IMG/VR virus record: IMGVR_UViG_3300046006_001304
Origin: a virus
Taxonomy: Duplodnaviria; Heunggongvirae; Uroviricota; Caudoviricetes
Direction: 5' to 3' (one strand)
Length of the DNA: 28,133 nt
In this document: positions 1 to 8,359 of the stretch, in pieces
How the letters are laid out: each line of letters begins with the position of its first letter
Position numbering within the stretch: position 1 is the first letter of the stretch
The notes under the pieces: generated by a model
What the model was told of the DNA's origin: nothing
Databases searched by the model: none
Seen by the model: only the letters and a program-made list of their open reading frames with translations
Position numbers and translations under genes: made by a program

Positions 1-351
1 GCTTAATGAATTGCCGCTGTGCTTATCGTGATGATGCCAATATGTTTCACGATCTTCTACGGTACTTAAATTTGTTTTAAAACTCCATGCCATCATGTTG
101 GCTACACGAGCTTCGTGTCCTAAATACAAGAATATGCTGGTTAAAAATGTCATTCTATATTTTAACCAAATAGGCTCTTGTCTAGCAAAGATGTTTTCTT
201 GTGTTTGATACGGCGGACTGTTTTTAAAGTAGTTGCCGGAATCAATTATACTATCAATAGTGTAGATAGCCGATTGAGTGTCATCCGGAGTTATCAGTCC
301 GCTAAAATTATATGTGCGACATAAACTATTTTGATCAACTACTGTATTCAT
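1..351 (-). CDS. putative 2OG-Fe(II) oxygenase-like protein, C-terminus beyond window edge
   Basis: Hand translation: MNTVVDQNSLCRTY...MAWSFKT...YWHHHDKHSGNSLS, open to the edge, GAGG SD upstream; the W..HxH..S pattern resembles phage oxygenases. Confidence 0.6.
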   Translation of the reverse strand, partial: MNTVVDQNSLCRTYNFSGLITPDDTQSAIYTIDSIIDSGNYFKNSPPYQTQENIFARQEPIWLKYRMTFLTSIFLYLGHEARVANMMAWSFKTNLSTVEDRETYWHHHDKHSGNSLS

Positions 352-366
352 ACAGACCTCTTAAAT

Positions 367-443
367 TGGTCGGAGTACAAGGATTCGAACCTTGGACCCC
401 CTGGTCCCAAACCAGGTGCGCTACCAGACTGCGCTACACTCCG
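367..443 (-). tRNA. tRNA-Pro(UGG)
   Basis: Cloverleaf; CCTGG-TTTGGGA-CCAGG; TTCGAAT T-loop; CCA encoded. Confidence 0.97.
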
Positions 444-450
444 AAAAAAC

Positions 451-524
451 TGGAGCGGGATGAGAGAATCGAACTCTCGACAACAGATTGGAAATCTGTA
501 GTTTTGCCATTAAACTAATCCCGC
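451..524 (-). tRNA. tRNA-Gly(UCC)
   Basis: ACAGA-TTTCCAA-TCTGT; U73, CCA. Confidence 0.96.
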
Positions 525-529
525 AAAAT

Positions 530-738
530 TAGTGCCCGGCTACTCACACCACATGAGCCCCGGACTGAGCTGTTACTCTGTCCATAACATTTCTTCTTCT
601 GGAAAGGTGTTAAACCTCACCCAATGCGTTCCCGGTAGCCCCTAATTGAAGCTCGGATGGTCATAGCATTGAATACCTAGCACTCTCTATGGTGACTGCC
701 CCACCCCCGTTTATTACGTGTACGGGATCACGGGTTAT
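530..738 (-). ncRNA. candidate structured ncRNA between tRNA-Thr and tRNA-Gly
   Basis: GC-rich spacer with several stems (CCCGT/ACGGG, CATAG/CTATG, GGCTAC/GTAGCC, GGAC/GTCC, GCTCA/TGAGT); no credible ORF seen. Confidence 0.5.
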
Positions 739-739
739 C

Positions 740-815
740 TGGTGCCGCTTGTCGGAATCGAACTGACCACCTGCCGCTTACAAGGCGGCTGCTCTACCAA
801 ATGAGCTAAAGCGGC
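740..815 (-). tRNA. tRNA-Thr(UGU)
   Basis: GCCGC-CTTGTAA-GCGGC; CCA. Confidence 0.96.
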
Positions 816-825
816 ATTACTACTA

Positions 826-901
826 TGGTGGAGGTGACAAGGATCGAACTTGCTACATCCTGCTTGCAAAGCAGGCGCTCTCCCAAATGAGCTACACCCC
901 C
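826..901 (-). tRNA. tRNA-Ala(UGC)
   Basis: CCTGC-TTTGCAA-GCAGG; G3:U70; CCA. Confidence 0.97.
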
Positions 902-902
902 G

Positions 903-1058
903 TTATTCTTTCTCAGACTTTTTCTCTTCTTCTTTTTGTTCTACATCTTTATTTCTTAAGTAGGGCGGAACATACTTACCAAAAATAGTTTCAAACGAAT
1001 TATCAAAATCCTCTTTAGGCACATTAAACGGCCTAGGTTTACTGCCTTTACCTGACAT
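903..1058 (-). CDS. small hypothetical protein (51 aa, MSGKGSKPRPFNVPKEDFDNSFETIFGK...)
   Basis: Hand translation; GGAG SD upstream; not in ORF track (too short). Confidence 0.65.
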   Translation of the reverse strand: MSGKGSKPRPFNVPKEDFDNSFETIFGKYVPPYLRNKDVEQKEEEKKSEKE

Positions 1059-1071
1059 AACTACAATCTCC

Positions 1072-1668
1072 TTAAACTAAATTTGGCCCGCATATCCAAC
1101 CAACTAAGGATTTTCGTACTCCCCTAGTAACCGGTTCTACACTATGCGGTAAAAATGACGGAAATAATACCATATCACCTTTTTTTTCTAAAGTAGCAGT
1201 TATTGGATCTTTACATATATGAAACTTTAACTCACCACCGTCAAACTCTGATGAATCGTTCAATAAAATACTAAATGATATTTTTCTACTAAATCCACTA
1301 GTATTCCGCAATGTGCTGTCACAATGGACATCATATTTACCAACGTCTCCTGCGTGATATTCACTGTATTGTAACATCTCAATATAACTAAGGCTATATT
1401 TATAATGTACATTATTCACACCCGACACTATGTCAATAAGTTTGTTGTACATTGGCATGGCTTGCTCTATATCGTCCATCCATAAAATGTTAGAGCTTCT
1501 ATAAGAAAGGTCTACCCCATTTCCTTGGCCAACTGTTTCTGCTATGTGTAACTTATCACTATGTGTTGCCACATAATTGTCCATAAACTTAAAATCTTCT
1601 TCTTCGAATACTTTTGATATGTGATAATCCCACGATATTGATTGTTCAGGGGGTTCGAACCAAATCAT
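1072..1668 (-). CDS. 2OG-Fe(II) oxygenase (prolyl-4-hydroxylase/PKHD-like)
   Basis: HCD...RKISFSILLND...FDGGEL...PHSVEPVTRGVRKSLVGW: HxD...H...R motif. Confidence 0.9.
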   Translation of the reverse strand: MIWFEPPEQSISWDYHISKVFEEEDFKFMDNYVATHSDKLHIAETVGQGNGVDLSYRSSNILWMDDIEQAMPMYNKLIDIVSGVNNVHYKYSLSYIEMLQYSEYHAGDVGKYDVHCDSTLRNTSGFSRKISFSILLNDSSEFDGGELKFHICKDPITATLEKKGDMVLFPSFLPHSVEPVTRGVRKSLVGWICGPNLV

Positions 1669-1677
1669 AGTTAATCC

Positions 1678-1890
1678 TCACTCTGCCGCTGTAGCACTTG
1701 TACTGGTAGTATTATAATTACTACCTGGACGACTTTCTTTCTTAATAGTCTTTGGCACAATTGCGGCGCATAATTCTGCGTCAATCATAGCACGTTTCCA
1801 TGCTCCTCGTTTATGCGGATCTAGAACTCCGCTGGTTGCTAGACTTATTTTAGTCAAAGATGACATCTTATAATTTGGACCTGGTTTCAT
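1678..1890 (-). CDS. hypothetical protein
   Basis: 70-aa ORF filling the gap between tRNA-Ser and the oxygenase; GAGAG SD-like. Confidence 0.6.
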   Translation of the reverse strand: MKPGPNYKMSSLTKISLATSGVLDPHKRGAWKRAMIDAELCAAIVPKTIKKESRPGSNYNTTSTSATAAE

Positions 1891-1911
1891 ATATTTTCTC
1901 TCTTTTAAAAA

Positions 1912-1999
1912 TGGCGGAGTATGTAGGAATCGAACCTACTCACCCATTGCTGAATGACAGATTAGCAATCTGTTGCCTTAACCGGTCGGCCAATACTCC
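1912..1999 (-). tRNA. tRNA-Ser(GCU)
   Basis: ACAGA-TTGCTAA-TCTGT; long variable arm; G73, CCA. Confidence 0.95.
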
Positions 2000-2024
2000 A
2001 TGTACTTTACTTATTACTATATCC

Positions 2025-2109
2025 TGGTGCGACTGGCCGGAATCGAACCGGCACGCCCGAAAGCGAGAGATTTTAAGTCTCTTGTGTCTACCTATTTCAC
2101 CACAGTCGC
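2025..2109 (-). tRNA. tRNA-Leu(UAA)
   Basis: AGAGA-CTTAAAA-TCTCT; long variable arm; CCA. Confidence 0.96.
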
Positions 2110-2114
2110 ATTCT

Positions 2115-2342
2115 TTAAACTCTTTCTCGCTTTACACGACCAATACGGCTAGCCTTGTTCCAATCGTAAGCAACGCCATCTGGGCACTTACCATCTGCTA
2201 CAGAGTCAACTCCGAATCGACCTACTGCTTCAAAGTTGTTGCCTTTGATAGTTACGAACTCATCCATTGATTTAGCAACATTCATTGCTTCAGCAAGCGT
2301 AAGTACTTTAAAGGTTTCTTCTTTGCCTATTATTTTATACAT
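2115..2342 (-). CDS. hypothetical protein (early promoter directly upstream)
   Basis: 75-aa ORF starting 6 nt after a perfect TATAAT. Confidence 0.7.
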   Translation of the reverse strand: MYKIIGKEETFKVLTLAEAMNVAKSMDEFVTIKGNNFEAVGRFGVDSVADGKCPDGVAYDWNKASRIGRVKRERV

Positions 2343-2348
2343 GCTGTT

Positions 2349-2377
2349 ATTATACTCTCATCATGTGCTGTTGTCAA
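2349..2377 (-). promoter_or_regulatory. sigma70-type promoter
   Basis: TTGACA-17 nt-TATAAT, perfect consensus. Confidence 0.85.
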
Positions 2378-2390
2378 CACTTATTTTACT

Positions 2391-2464
2391 TGGCGTACCT
2401 CCAGGGACTCGAACCCCGACGAACAGTTTTGGAGACTGTCATGCTGCCATTACATTAGAGATAC
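2391..2464 (-). tRNA. tRNA-Trp(CCA)
   Basis: ACAGT-CTCCAAA-ACTGT; CCA. Confidence 0.93.
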
Positions 2465-2469
2465 ATGAT

Positions 2470-2559
2470 TGGCGGAAACGGTGAGATTCGAACTCACGGA
2501 CCCTTTCGAGCCGGCAGTTTTCAAGACTGCTGCAATAAACCGGACTCTGCCACATTTCC
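2470..2559 (-). tRNA. tRNA-Ser(UGA)
   Basis: GCAGT-CTTGAAA-ACTGC; long variable arm; G73, CCA. Confidence 0.96.
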
Positions 2560-2564
2560 TAATT

Positions 2565-2641
2565 TGGTGCCCCAGAGGAGACTCGAACTCCTAAAATTTG
2601 GCTTCTAAGACCAACACGTATACCAATTCCGTCACCGGGGC
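2565..2641 (-). tRNA. tRNA-Leu(UAG) with short variable loop
   Basis: TTGGT-CTTAGAA-GCCAA; Leu-type D loop; only 77 nt; CCA. Confidence 0.88.
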
Positions 2642-2661
2642 GATGTATTACTTACCATATA

Positions 2662-2779
2662 GGTGCTCTCTGCAGGAATCGAACCTGACTGTCTAACTCC
2701 GTATCTTCCTGAGCCTTTCACGTACGGGTCGACTTATACGCTTCTTATCGGTACTCAGTGTAGTTAAACTTCAGAAAGC
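2662..2779 (-). ncRNA. tRNA-like RNA with enlarged central region
   Basis: Acceptor GCTTTCT/AGAGAGC, T arm CAGG-TTCGATT-CCTG, ends ACC(T); ~85-nt centre without a canonical anticodon arm. Confidence 0.6.
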
Positions 2780-2786
2780 ATTTATA

Positions 2787-2861
2787 TGGAGACCCGTAGG
2801 AGAATCGAACTCCTCTTGCCAGGATGAAAACCTAGTGTCCTAACCGATAGACGAACGGGTC
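2787..2861 (-). tRNA. tRNA-Glu(UUC)
   Basis: CTAGG-TTTTCAT-CCTGG; CCA. Confidence 0.94.
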
Positions 2862-2877
2862 AAATTGTCTTTTAAAT

Positions 2878-2907
2878 TTTTAAGGAGCAGTGCTAGTGTT
2901 TGCTAGC
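2878..2907 (-). promoter_or_regulatory. boxB-like hairpin plus boxA-like antitermination site
   Basis: GCTAG-CAAACA-CTAGC followed by TGCTCCTTAAAA (rrn boxA consensus TGCTCTTTAACA), between promoter and tRNA run. Confidence 0.5.
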
Positions 2908-2916
2908 TAAGTGTTA

Positions 2917-2945
2917 ATTATATAGCCTATGTGTCACCCTGTCAA
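2917..2945 (-). promoter_or_regulatory. sigma70-type promoter
   Basis: TTGACA-17 nt-TATAAT. Confidence 0.85.
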
Positions 2946-2990
2946 CGTCTAAATGGACATTTGTGAAAATAAAACATAATAAATAACATC

Positions 2991-3644
2991 ATGCTACTAG
3001 ATCATTTACGAAATCGTTATACTGCCAAATGGTGGGATCCAATTCCATTGGAAGATGAAAAAATCAAAGCCATAATTGAGTGTGCGTATCTAGCGCCAAG
3101 TAAGCAAGGCAATTATGATTTTGAAATAGTTGTTCTTACAGACAGTCCTGCTGGCAAAGAATTTAAACAATGGTTGTACTGGGACAACACAGCCTGTTTA
3201 GATAAAGTGCGAGGCAAAACTGGTGAAGGACTACGTAGATACAATGGACAAGTCTTAGCACCCGTTGTAATGATTTGGTTAGCAAAACAATTTGATCAAG
3301 CAGTTAACGATTACAATGAAAACGAGTTCTTACGCACCAATAACGATTGTGTTATTAGTGCTACAATGGCCATGTGCCAAGCCGAAGAACTAGGAGTTAA
3401 TACAGGATTCTGCGGATGTATAGGTGGACAAGAAATTGCTGATAGATTAAACAAGCCCAAATCAACTGCGATAGTTAGTATGGGATTTGGGTATGCTACT
3501 AGCCATACTACAAACCGACCAATAAAAGTTTATAATAATAACGTTGAACTAGGCTTTGATCTTGCTAACCATCACTCCTCAATTAGAAATATTCCTAATA
3601 GAACTAACAGACTTGAGCTATCTACTATGGTAAATTATATATGA
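2991..3644 (+). CDS. nitroreductase-family protein
   Basis: R.T.K.W..PL...KI..I.E.A.LAPSKQG...V, and C-terminal A.ELGVNTGFCG...S.GFGY. Confidence 0.75.
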   Translation: MLLDHLRNRYTAKWWDPIPLEDEKIKAIIECAYLAPSKQGNYDFEIVVLTDSPAGKEFKQWLYWDNTACLDKVRGKTGEGLRRYNGQVLAPVVMIWLAKQFDQAVNDYNENEFLRTNNDCVISATMAMCQAEELGVNTGFCGCIGGQEIADRLNKPKSTAIVSMGFGYATSHTTNRPIKVYNNNVELGFDLANHHSSIRNIPNRTNRLELSTMVNYI

Positions 3645-4333
3645 AAGTACCTCCAGGCATTAGCGGACGTCCTGCGCTATACAACGGAAACGTTGATCAA
3701 ACCGCACTCGCAAACGAAGTAGCATTATTAAATCTTGGTCCGTTCGAGCCATTGAATTTTCATATTAATCTAAGTCAGTATCTACAAGAAATTAAACAAT
3801 TTGATAACGACTGGGTTAACTACTTACCGCGTACAGATCGTCCTAACAATCGTCGAGCAATGACATTAATGGCGTTACCCGGAAAGACTCACAAAGAAAA
3901 CACTAGTCTAGCAGAAGCTAGTTATGCCGCAGGCCGACAACTTAGCGAGTTAGAGTTTGATCAACCAACTGATGTTTATCGTGCTTGTGCTAGTTTACAT
4001 TCGTTTCTTGATCAATGGCAACCTCTAGGCAGAACATTTATTGTACAGAGTAATACAGGAGGATACTTTGTCCCGCATCGTGATCACCCAAGTATGCCTC
4101 GTGAATGTTTTAGACTAATTGTATTCTTGAACAACTGCGGTCCATTACAGTACGATTGGTTGATGGATGATAGAAAGATGAATATACAAATGGGTCAAGT
4201 CTACTACGTTAACACACGTATGACTCATCGTACTATAAGCTGGGTTGATAACAGTCAACACTTAATTTTGAACATTCCGTTTACTACAGAGAATGTAGCA
4301 AAGGTAATTGCTAATCTAGCCCATACTCATTAA
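3641..4333 (+). CDS. 2OG-Fe(II) oxygenase-like (Asp/Asn beta-hydroxylase-like fold)
   Basis: GGYFVPHRDH...GQVYYVNTRMTH. Confidence 0.72.
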   Translation: MKVPPGISGRPALYNGNVDQTALANEVALLNLGPFEPLNFHINLSQYLQEIKQFDNDWVNYLPRTDRPNNRRAMTLMALPGKTHKENTSLAEASYAAGRQLSELEFDQPTDVYRACASLHSFLDQWQPLGRTFIVQSNTGGYFVPHRDHPSMPRECFRLIVFLNNCGPLQYDWLMDDRKMNIQMGQVYYVNTRMTHRTISWVDNSQHLILNIPFTTENVAKVIANLAHTH

Positions 4334-4829
4334 AATATTCTTTAGCTTCGTTGAAGCTAACAGCTAGTCCCCAACTGATGATTAGTCTATGTTGCTTTCC
4401 AGCCATAACTGAATGTGGGGCATCAACACGCACAAACGATGGTTTAGTCAATGTGAATTCGAATGTTTTATTAACTGTACTTTCAAATTCGTAACCTATT
4501 AATTTATCACTATATACTAATTCATCTGTCGGCATTTCATAAAATGTAGTAATTGACCCTTGATGGCCTAGTAACGGTATATTTAAAGTAGCGGTGCGTT
4601 TAGCATCTATATGTGTTGGGAAACCTGTTTGAGGTTTTAAAAAATAAAAGTTCCAAACACTACCTAGTATTTTTTTATGTTTTTGAAATAGATAATTTGT
4701 ATATTCGTAATCAACTGCGTTTTGTTGGTGGTGTCTAAGGCCACTAACCTTTAAGTTGTTTATGATTGATATGAGCTGTTTAGTATCGAATATAACATCT
4801 AATTCGAATACGTACTCATTGTCAATCAT
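4311..4829 (-). CDS. 2OG-Fe(II)/cupin oxygenase-like protein
   Basis: FPTHIDA...LNIPL...VDAPHSV...R. Confidence 0.68.
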   Translation of the reverse strand: MIDNEYVFELDVIFDTKQLISIINNLKVSGLRHHQQNAVDYEYTNYLFQKHKKILGSVWNFYFLKPQTGFPTHIDAKRTATLNIPLLGHQGSITTFYEMPTDELVYSDKLIGYEFESTVNKTFEFTLTKPSFVRVDAPHSVMAGKQHRLIISWGLAVSFNEAKEYFNEYGLD

Positions 4830-5248
4830 GGCAATAAACTAATTGCGTCCTCAAATGGTACGTCTGACGGAATCTTAATAGCAAAAAAAAGTGATAGTGT
4901 TGCGGCCGGTGATAATTTTTGACGTTCTTTCCCGTTAATTGCAATAGGTGTGTCAATAAGAAAAGTCTCACCGTCTTCAAATTCAATTGAAATATTGTTA
5001 GTGATAGGGAATATAATTAAACCATTGTTATTAGGTTTAGCGTGCATTATTTCTGCTGTGACTAATTTAGATAGTCCGTATTCTTCTGAATTTAGCGTTC
5101 TACTAAAAATATCCATACAAGGCAGTGACTCAGTACTATACCCAACTGCTGACAAATATTGTTGAATACTACCTTGTTTTTCAGAGATGTTAAACAACGA
5201 TAATAGTTTTAATCTATCGTACTCTGTATTGAATTTTTTGTATTTCAT
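4826..5248 (-). CDS. hypothetical protein (possibly degenerate cupin)
   Basis: 140-aa ORF with ATGA-type overlap; no complete HxD..H motif. Confidence 0.6.
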   Translation of the reverse strand: MKYKKFNTEYDRLKLLSLFNISEKQGSIQQYLSAVGYSTESLPCMDIFSRTLNSEEYGLSKLVTAEIMHAKPNNNGLIIFPITNNISIEFEDGETFLIDTPIAINGKERQKLSPAATLSLFFAIKIPSDVPFEDAISLLP

Positions 5249-5265
5249 TATAATCTATCCTAATA

Positions 5266-5353
5266 TGGAGCGGCCGGGGGATTCGAACCTCCGTAGGCTA
5301 TATAGCCACCCGGTTTACGGCCGGGCACGTTTGGCCACTCTGTCACGAACCGC
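5266..5353 (-). tRNA. atypical tRNA with GUA (Tyr) anticodon
   Basis: CCCGG-CCGTAAA-CCGGG (C33); variable arm GGCTA-TA-TAGCC; irregular acceptor/T stems; U73, CCA. Confidence 0.7.
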
Positions 5354-5999
5354 GTACTATATTTAGTATCTTTTCAGCTACTATTATGTTTCCTTCTTCA
5401 GTAGTAAGATTTACAAAAAACGGATTTTTTGCTGGGTATTTTTCAAACACATCCATAATATCATAATCTACTGTTCCTGATTTAAATGTAAACCAACTTG
5501 GTACATTGTTTTGTCTAGGAAGAATGTGTAATGTTTTTATGCGTTTAAACGCAAGATATTGATCTATTTGTAGCAATGCGCCGTAATACCTATTTAGGGT
5601 TAAGTCTGGGTCATAAAAATATTGTCGATACGTGTTAACTGCGTTAAAAAAGTTTTCATTAGTATTAAAGACTTTTTTAAACAACGGCTGATTAGTTGCT
5701 GTAAATTCTGTATCTAGATGATCGTTTCTAAAAATGTCCTCAGCTCTTTTTGCTCTAAATGAGTTAGTGTCAATGTCTCTATCGCATCCAGGTAAGAATA
5801 AAAAACGTGGCAAGCAATGAAATACTATTGCTAAATCTACATTATGTGTTTTTTTTAATTCGTAAAGTATACGTTCTTCACTACCTTGTTTAACTCCTTG
5901 ATTAACTGCTGTACCGTTTAATCTATCAGCAACAATATCAATAAAACTGGCAGGCCCTCGATAGGCGCAGTTACTATGTCCATAAAATCCTATTCGCAT
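5343..5999 (-). CDS. hypothetical protein, weak SGNH/GDSL-like N-terminus
   Basis: IGFYGHS...NQGVKQGS; the C-terminal catalytic His motif is not evident. Confidence 0.55.
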   Translation of the reverse strand: MRIGFYGHSNCAYRGPASFIDIVADRLNGTAVNQGVKQGSEERILYELKKTHNVDLAIVFHCLPRFLFLPGCDRDIDTNSFRAKRAEDIFRNDHLDTEFTATNQPLFKKVFNTNENFFNAVNTYRQYFYDPDLTLNRYYGALLQIDQYLAFKRIKTLHILPRQNNVPSWFTFKSGTVDYDIMDVFEKYPAKNPFFVNLTTEEGNIIVAEKILNIVRGS

Positions 6000-6694
6000 A
6001 ATTTAGTAAAGATGCTTATGCCTAGTTTGCTTTTAATTCCCTGTTGCCTAAAGTCACTGGCACAATGTAATCTCACGCTGTCAAAAATAATAGCCTGTGT
6101 AGGAATCCAATCAATGGCAGAGTGTAGGCTTAACCCCTGCAACCAATGAGGCTTTAGGTGTGTAAAATACTGATGCTCATCTATAAACGGCTGATCAACT
6201 ATATTGTCTACATCGGTGTAGTCGTAAACTTGTTTGTTGTAGTATGTAGGGATGTCTTTACCATTGTTAAAGAACTTAGCCGGACCATGAAAATAAAATT
6301 GATCAAAGAAACATAATTTAGGAATAGCAGTGCCATCAATATGCAAGGGTATAGTTATTGCCTTATACACATCAGGCAATTCAAACGTATCGTCATTATG
6401 TATAATATGCGGAGTTTCTGTATAAAAGAAAAAAGCCGCAGTAATTTCAAAGGCGCCTAACGTTAATTTTAATTTTTCTATTATGCTAGCAATTACCGGA
6501 TCTGTAATATAATTTTTTAAATCTAATGTTACTGGTCCGGTATTTTTATAAACTGCTGGAGAATTTATATTATTGTGTTCGTTTGAGTAAAGCGAAACCA
6601 AATGATCGACATCCTCTTTGCTTAAGAAGTGTTCTATAGCATATGGATTGCTAACTCGAGATTTAATTTTGGCAATACTATCTTTATTCCGCAT
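5990..6694 (-). CDS. 2OG-Fe(II)/cupin oxygenase-like protein
   Basis: PHIIHNDD...ITIPL...FDSVRLHCA. Confidence 0.65.
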   Translation of the reverse strand: MRNKDSIAKIKSRVSNPYAIEHFLSKEDVDHLVSLYSNEHNNINSPAVYKNTGPVTLDLKNYITDPVIASIIEKLKLTLGAFEITAAFFFYTETPHIIHNDDTFELPDVYKAITIPLHIDGTAIPKLCFFDQFYFHGPAKFFNNGKDIPTYYNKQVYDYTDVDNIVDQPFIDEHQYFTHLKPHWLQGLSLHSAIDWIPTQAIIFDSVRLHCASDFRQQGIKSKLGISIFTKLCE

Positions 6695-6720
6695 GGTGTA
6701 TTTATTAGGTTAAATACACC

Positions 6721-7293
6721 ATGACATATTTTAAAAGAGTAAAATTAGATAATATACCATATGCGGAAATATTAAAAAATCTTACAATTCCAAGCGGCGC
6801 AGGGCAAGTTAGCCCATTACCGCATGATGTTAAATTTAAACTAGCAGAGCTTTTAAAAATAGATCTAGATCAGTGCGTCCAATCTAGAATAATGATAGTA
6901 TACTTTCCACCCCTCGGAAGTGTTAATATACACTCTGATAAACCAGTAGAAGATTTACCTGAAGGAAAATTGGATCAATGTATAATAGTTCCAATAGACA
7001 ATTTCCAAGATGTTGAATGGACTTGGTACGAAGTATTAGATTATTCAAAAATATATCATTACGGTCAAAAAGAAAATTGGAAAACAGTGCCAATGGTGCC
7101 AGTCACTGCTACAAAAGCCGTAGAAAAAATTAAATGTAACAGCGCATTTATCGCTGACATTGGCACATGGCACTCATTAAAAAATTTTAGTAATAAGCCC
7201 GCTGTTGCTCTTAGCATTAGACTGATGCCCTGGAGTTGGGAGGATTTTAAAACTAGCAGTTTGCCTCCAATGAAGGGTGTAACATTGGGATGA
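6721..7293 (+). CDS. 2OG-Fe(II)/cupin oxygenase-like protein
   Basis: VNIHSD...IIVPI...DIGTWHSL...LSIR. Confidence 0.65.
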   Translation: MTYFKRVKLDNIPYAEILKNLTIPSGAGQVSPLPHDVKFKLAELLKIDLDQCVQSRIMIVYFPPLGSVNIHSDKPVEDLPEGKLDQCIIVPIDNFQDVEWTWYEVLDYSKIYHYGQKENWKTVPMVPVTATKAVEKIKCNSAFIADIGTWHSLKNFSNKPAVALSIRLMPWSWEDFKTSSLPPMKGVTLG

Positions 7294-7823
7294 ACTATTT
7301 CAAGTACTTAGATTTAAATTGGCAACCTAGTGCTGTTAAACTAAAACAATACATCTACGATAACGAGCAAGATCTTTTAACAGGATTTCATTCATCATGG
7401 AAGGCGGTTGACACTAATGATGTTATCAGCAAAGTACCTGAACTTATAGATATGCTGTTGCCACTAGGTGTTACTATACGGTATGTTGCATTTTTTATCA
7501 GTAATTATCCAGTTGGTACAATTCATATTGACGCGGATACTTATTCAAAAGTACGGATTAATATTCCAATTATTAATTGCGAGCACACTGAAACTAGATT
7601 CTATACTACATCAGCACCACTAATTCGAGTATTACAACAAAATGGCATTCCACTATTTAAAATTGATCCTACTAAGTGTACTCACGTTGATCAATTTTAT
7701 TTAACACAAGCTGTATTATTTAGAAATACTGAACCTCATCAAGTAATAAGCAATAATTTAGTACACCCACGAATATCTTGTACTATAGGACTCAACGAAG
7801 ATTTATCTTATTTGTTAGAGTAG
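7290..7823 (+). CDS. 2OG-Fe(II)/cupin oxygenase-like protein
   Basis: TIHIDAD...RINIPI...RNTEPHQV...RISCTI. Confidence 0.7.
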   Translation: MNYFKYLDLNWQPSAVKLKQYIYDNEQDLLTGFHSSWKAVDTNDVISKVPELIDMLLPLGVTIRYVAFFISNYPVGTIHIDADTYSKVRINIPIINCEHTETRFYTTSAPLIRVLQQNGIPLFKIDPTKCTHVDQFYLTQAVLFRNTEPHQVISNNLVHPRISCTIGLNEDLSYLLE

Positions 7824-8345
7824 CTCGGGGCTAAATCTAATACTTAACATACATCGAGGTAATTCCGACATATTATGTACAGTGTGCGGCTTATCGACTC
7901 TAACTATCATAGGAGACCCAATAAACACTTTATCAATCACTGTTGGTTCACTGTTCCACTTTAAATGAATAGATGGGCGGCCAATTGGATTATTATATAG
8001 TTTTTGTTCATAGTCGCCCTCAAACCACATCATACAGCCATCTTGACAATTGTTAATTGGAATATTCAATGCTGAAATAAAGTCTGGAATATTTGCGCGA
8101 TACCCGTCTATGTGAACACCGCGAGTATGATTGCCAACTTGGAAAAATATAATAGCATCTCTAATAGTGTGGTGAAGCTTGCCAGTCGCATTAACAACGT
8201 CAGCACCCAATTGTTCTACAAGCCATGGGTAGTCATCTTTTGGCACACTCATAGCGTGAAGTGTGCCAGCGTTTGAAATTAAATGTGTATATCTATCAGC
8301 AATATTTGTCCAGTTGCTTATAGTTATTGGTCGATAATATTCCAT
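7815..8345 (-). CDS. 2OG-Fe(II)/cupin oxygenase-like protein
   Basis: GVHIDG...ALNIPI...RVDKPHTV...RCMLSIRF. Confidence 0.7.
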   Translation of the reverse strand: MEYYRPITISNWTNIADRYTHLISNAGTLHAMSVPKDDYPWLVEQLGADVVNATGKLHHTIRDAIIFFQVGNHTRGVHIDGYRANIPDFISALNIPINNCQDGCMMWFEGDYEQKLYNNPIGRPSIHLKWNSEPTVIDKVFIGSPMIVRVDKPHTVHNMSELPRCMLSIRFSPELL

Positions 8346-8359
8346 ACTAATATTTATAT

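Noticed and set aside
312-518. ORF-track ORFs antisense to or overlapping tRNAs (312-518, 1860-2270, 2236-2484, 9849-10292, 12219-12455, 12518-12805, 14793-14993, 14842-15066)
   Set aside because: They are translations of tRNA sequence (the typical GFEP/GIEP artefact from the T loop)
530-738. RNase P RNA (AGTCCGGG resembles conserved region I)
   Set aside because: The motif is near the 3' end, and there is no GAGGAAAG context or matching AACCCGGCTTA on the same strand
2391-2559. Stop-codon reassignment or suppressor tRNAs
   Set aside because: The TGA-containing loop is a Ser(UGA) anticodon reading UCA; no CUA/UCA/UUA anticodons were found, and long genes are open in code 11
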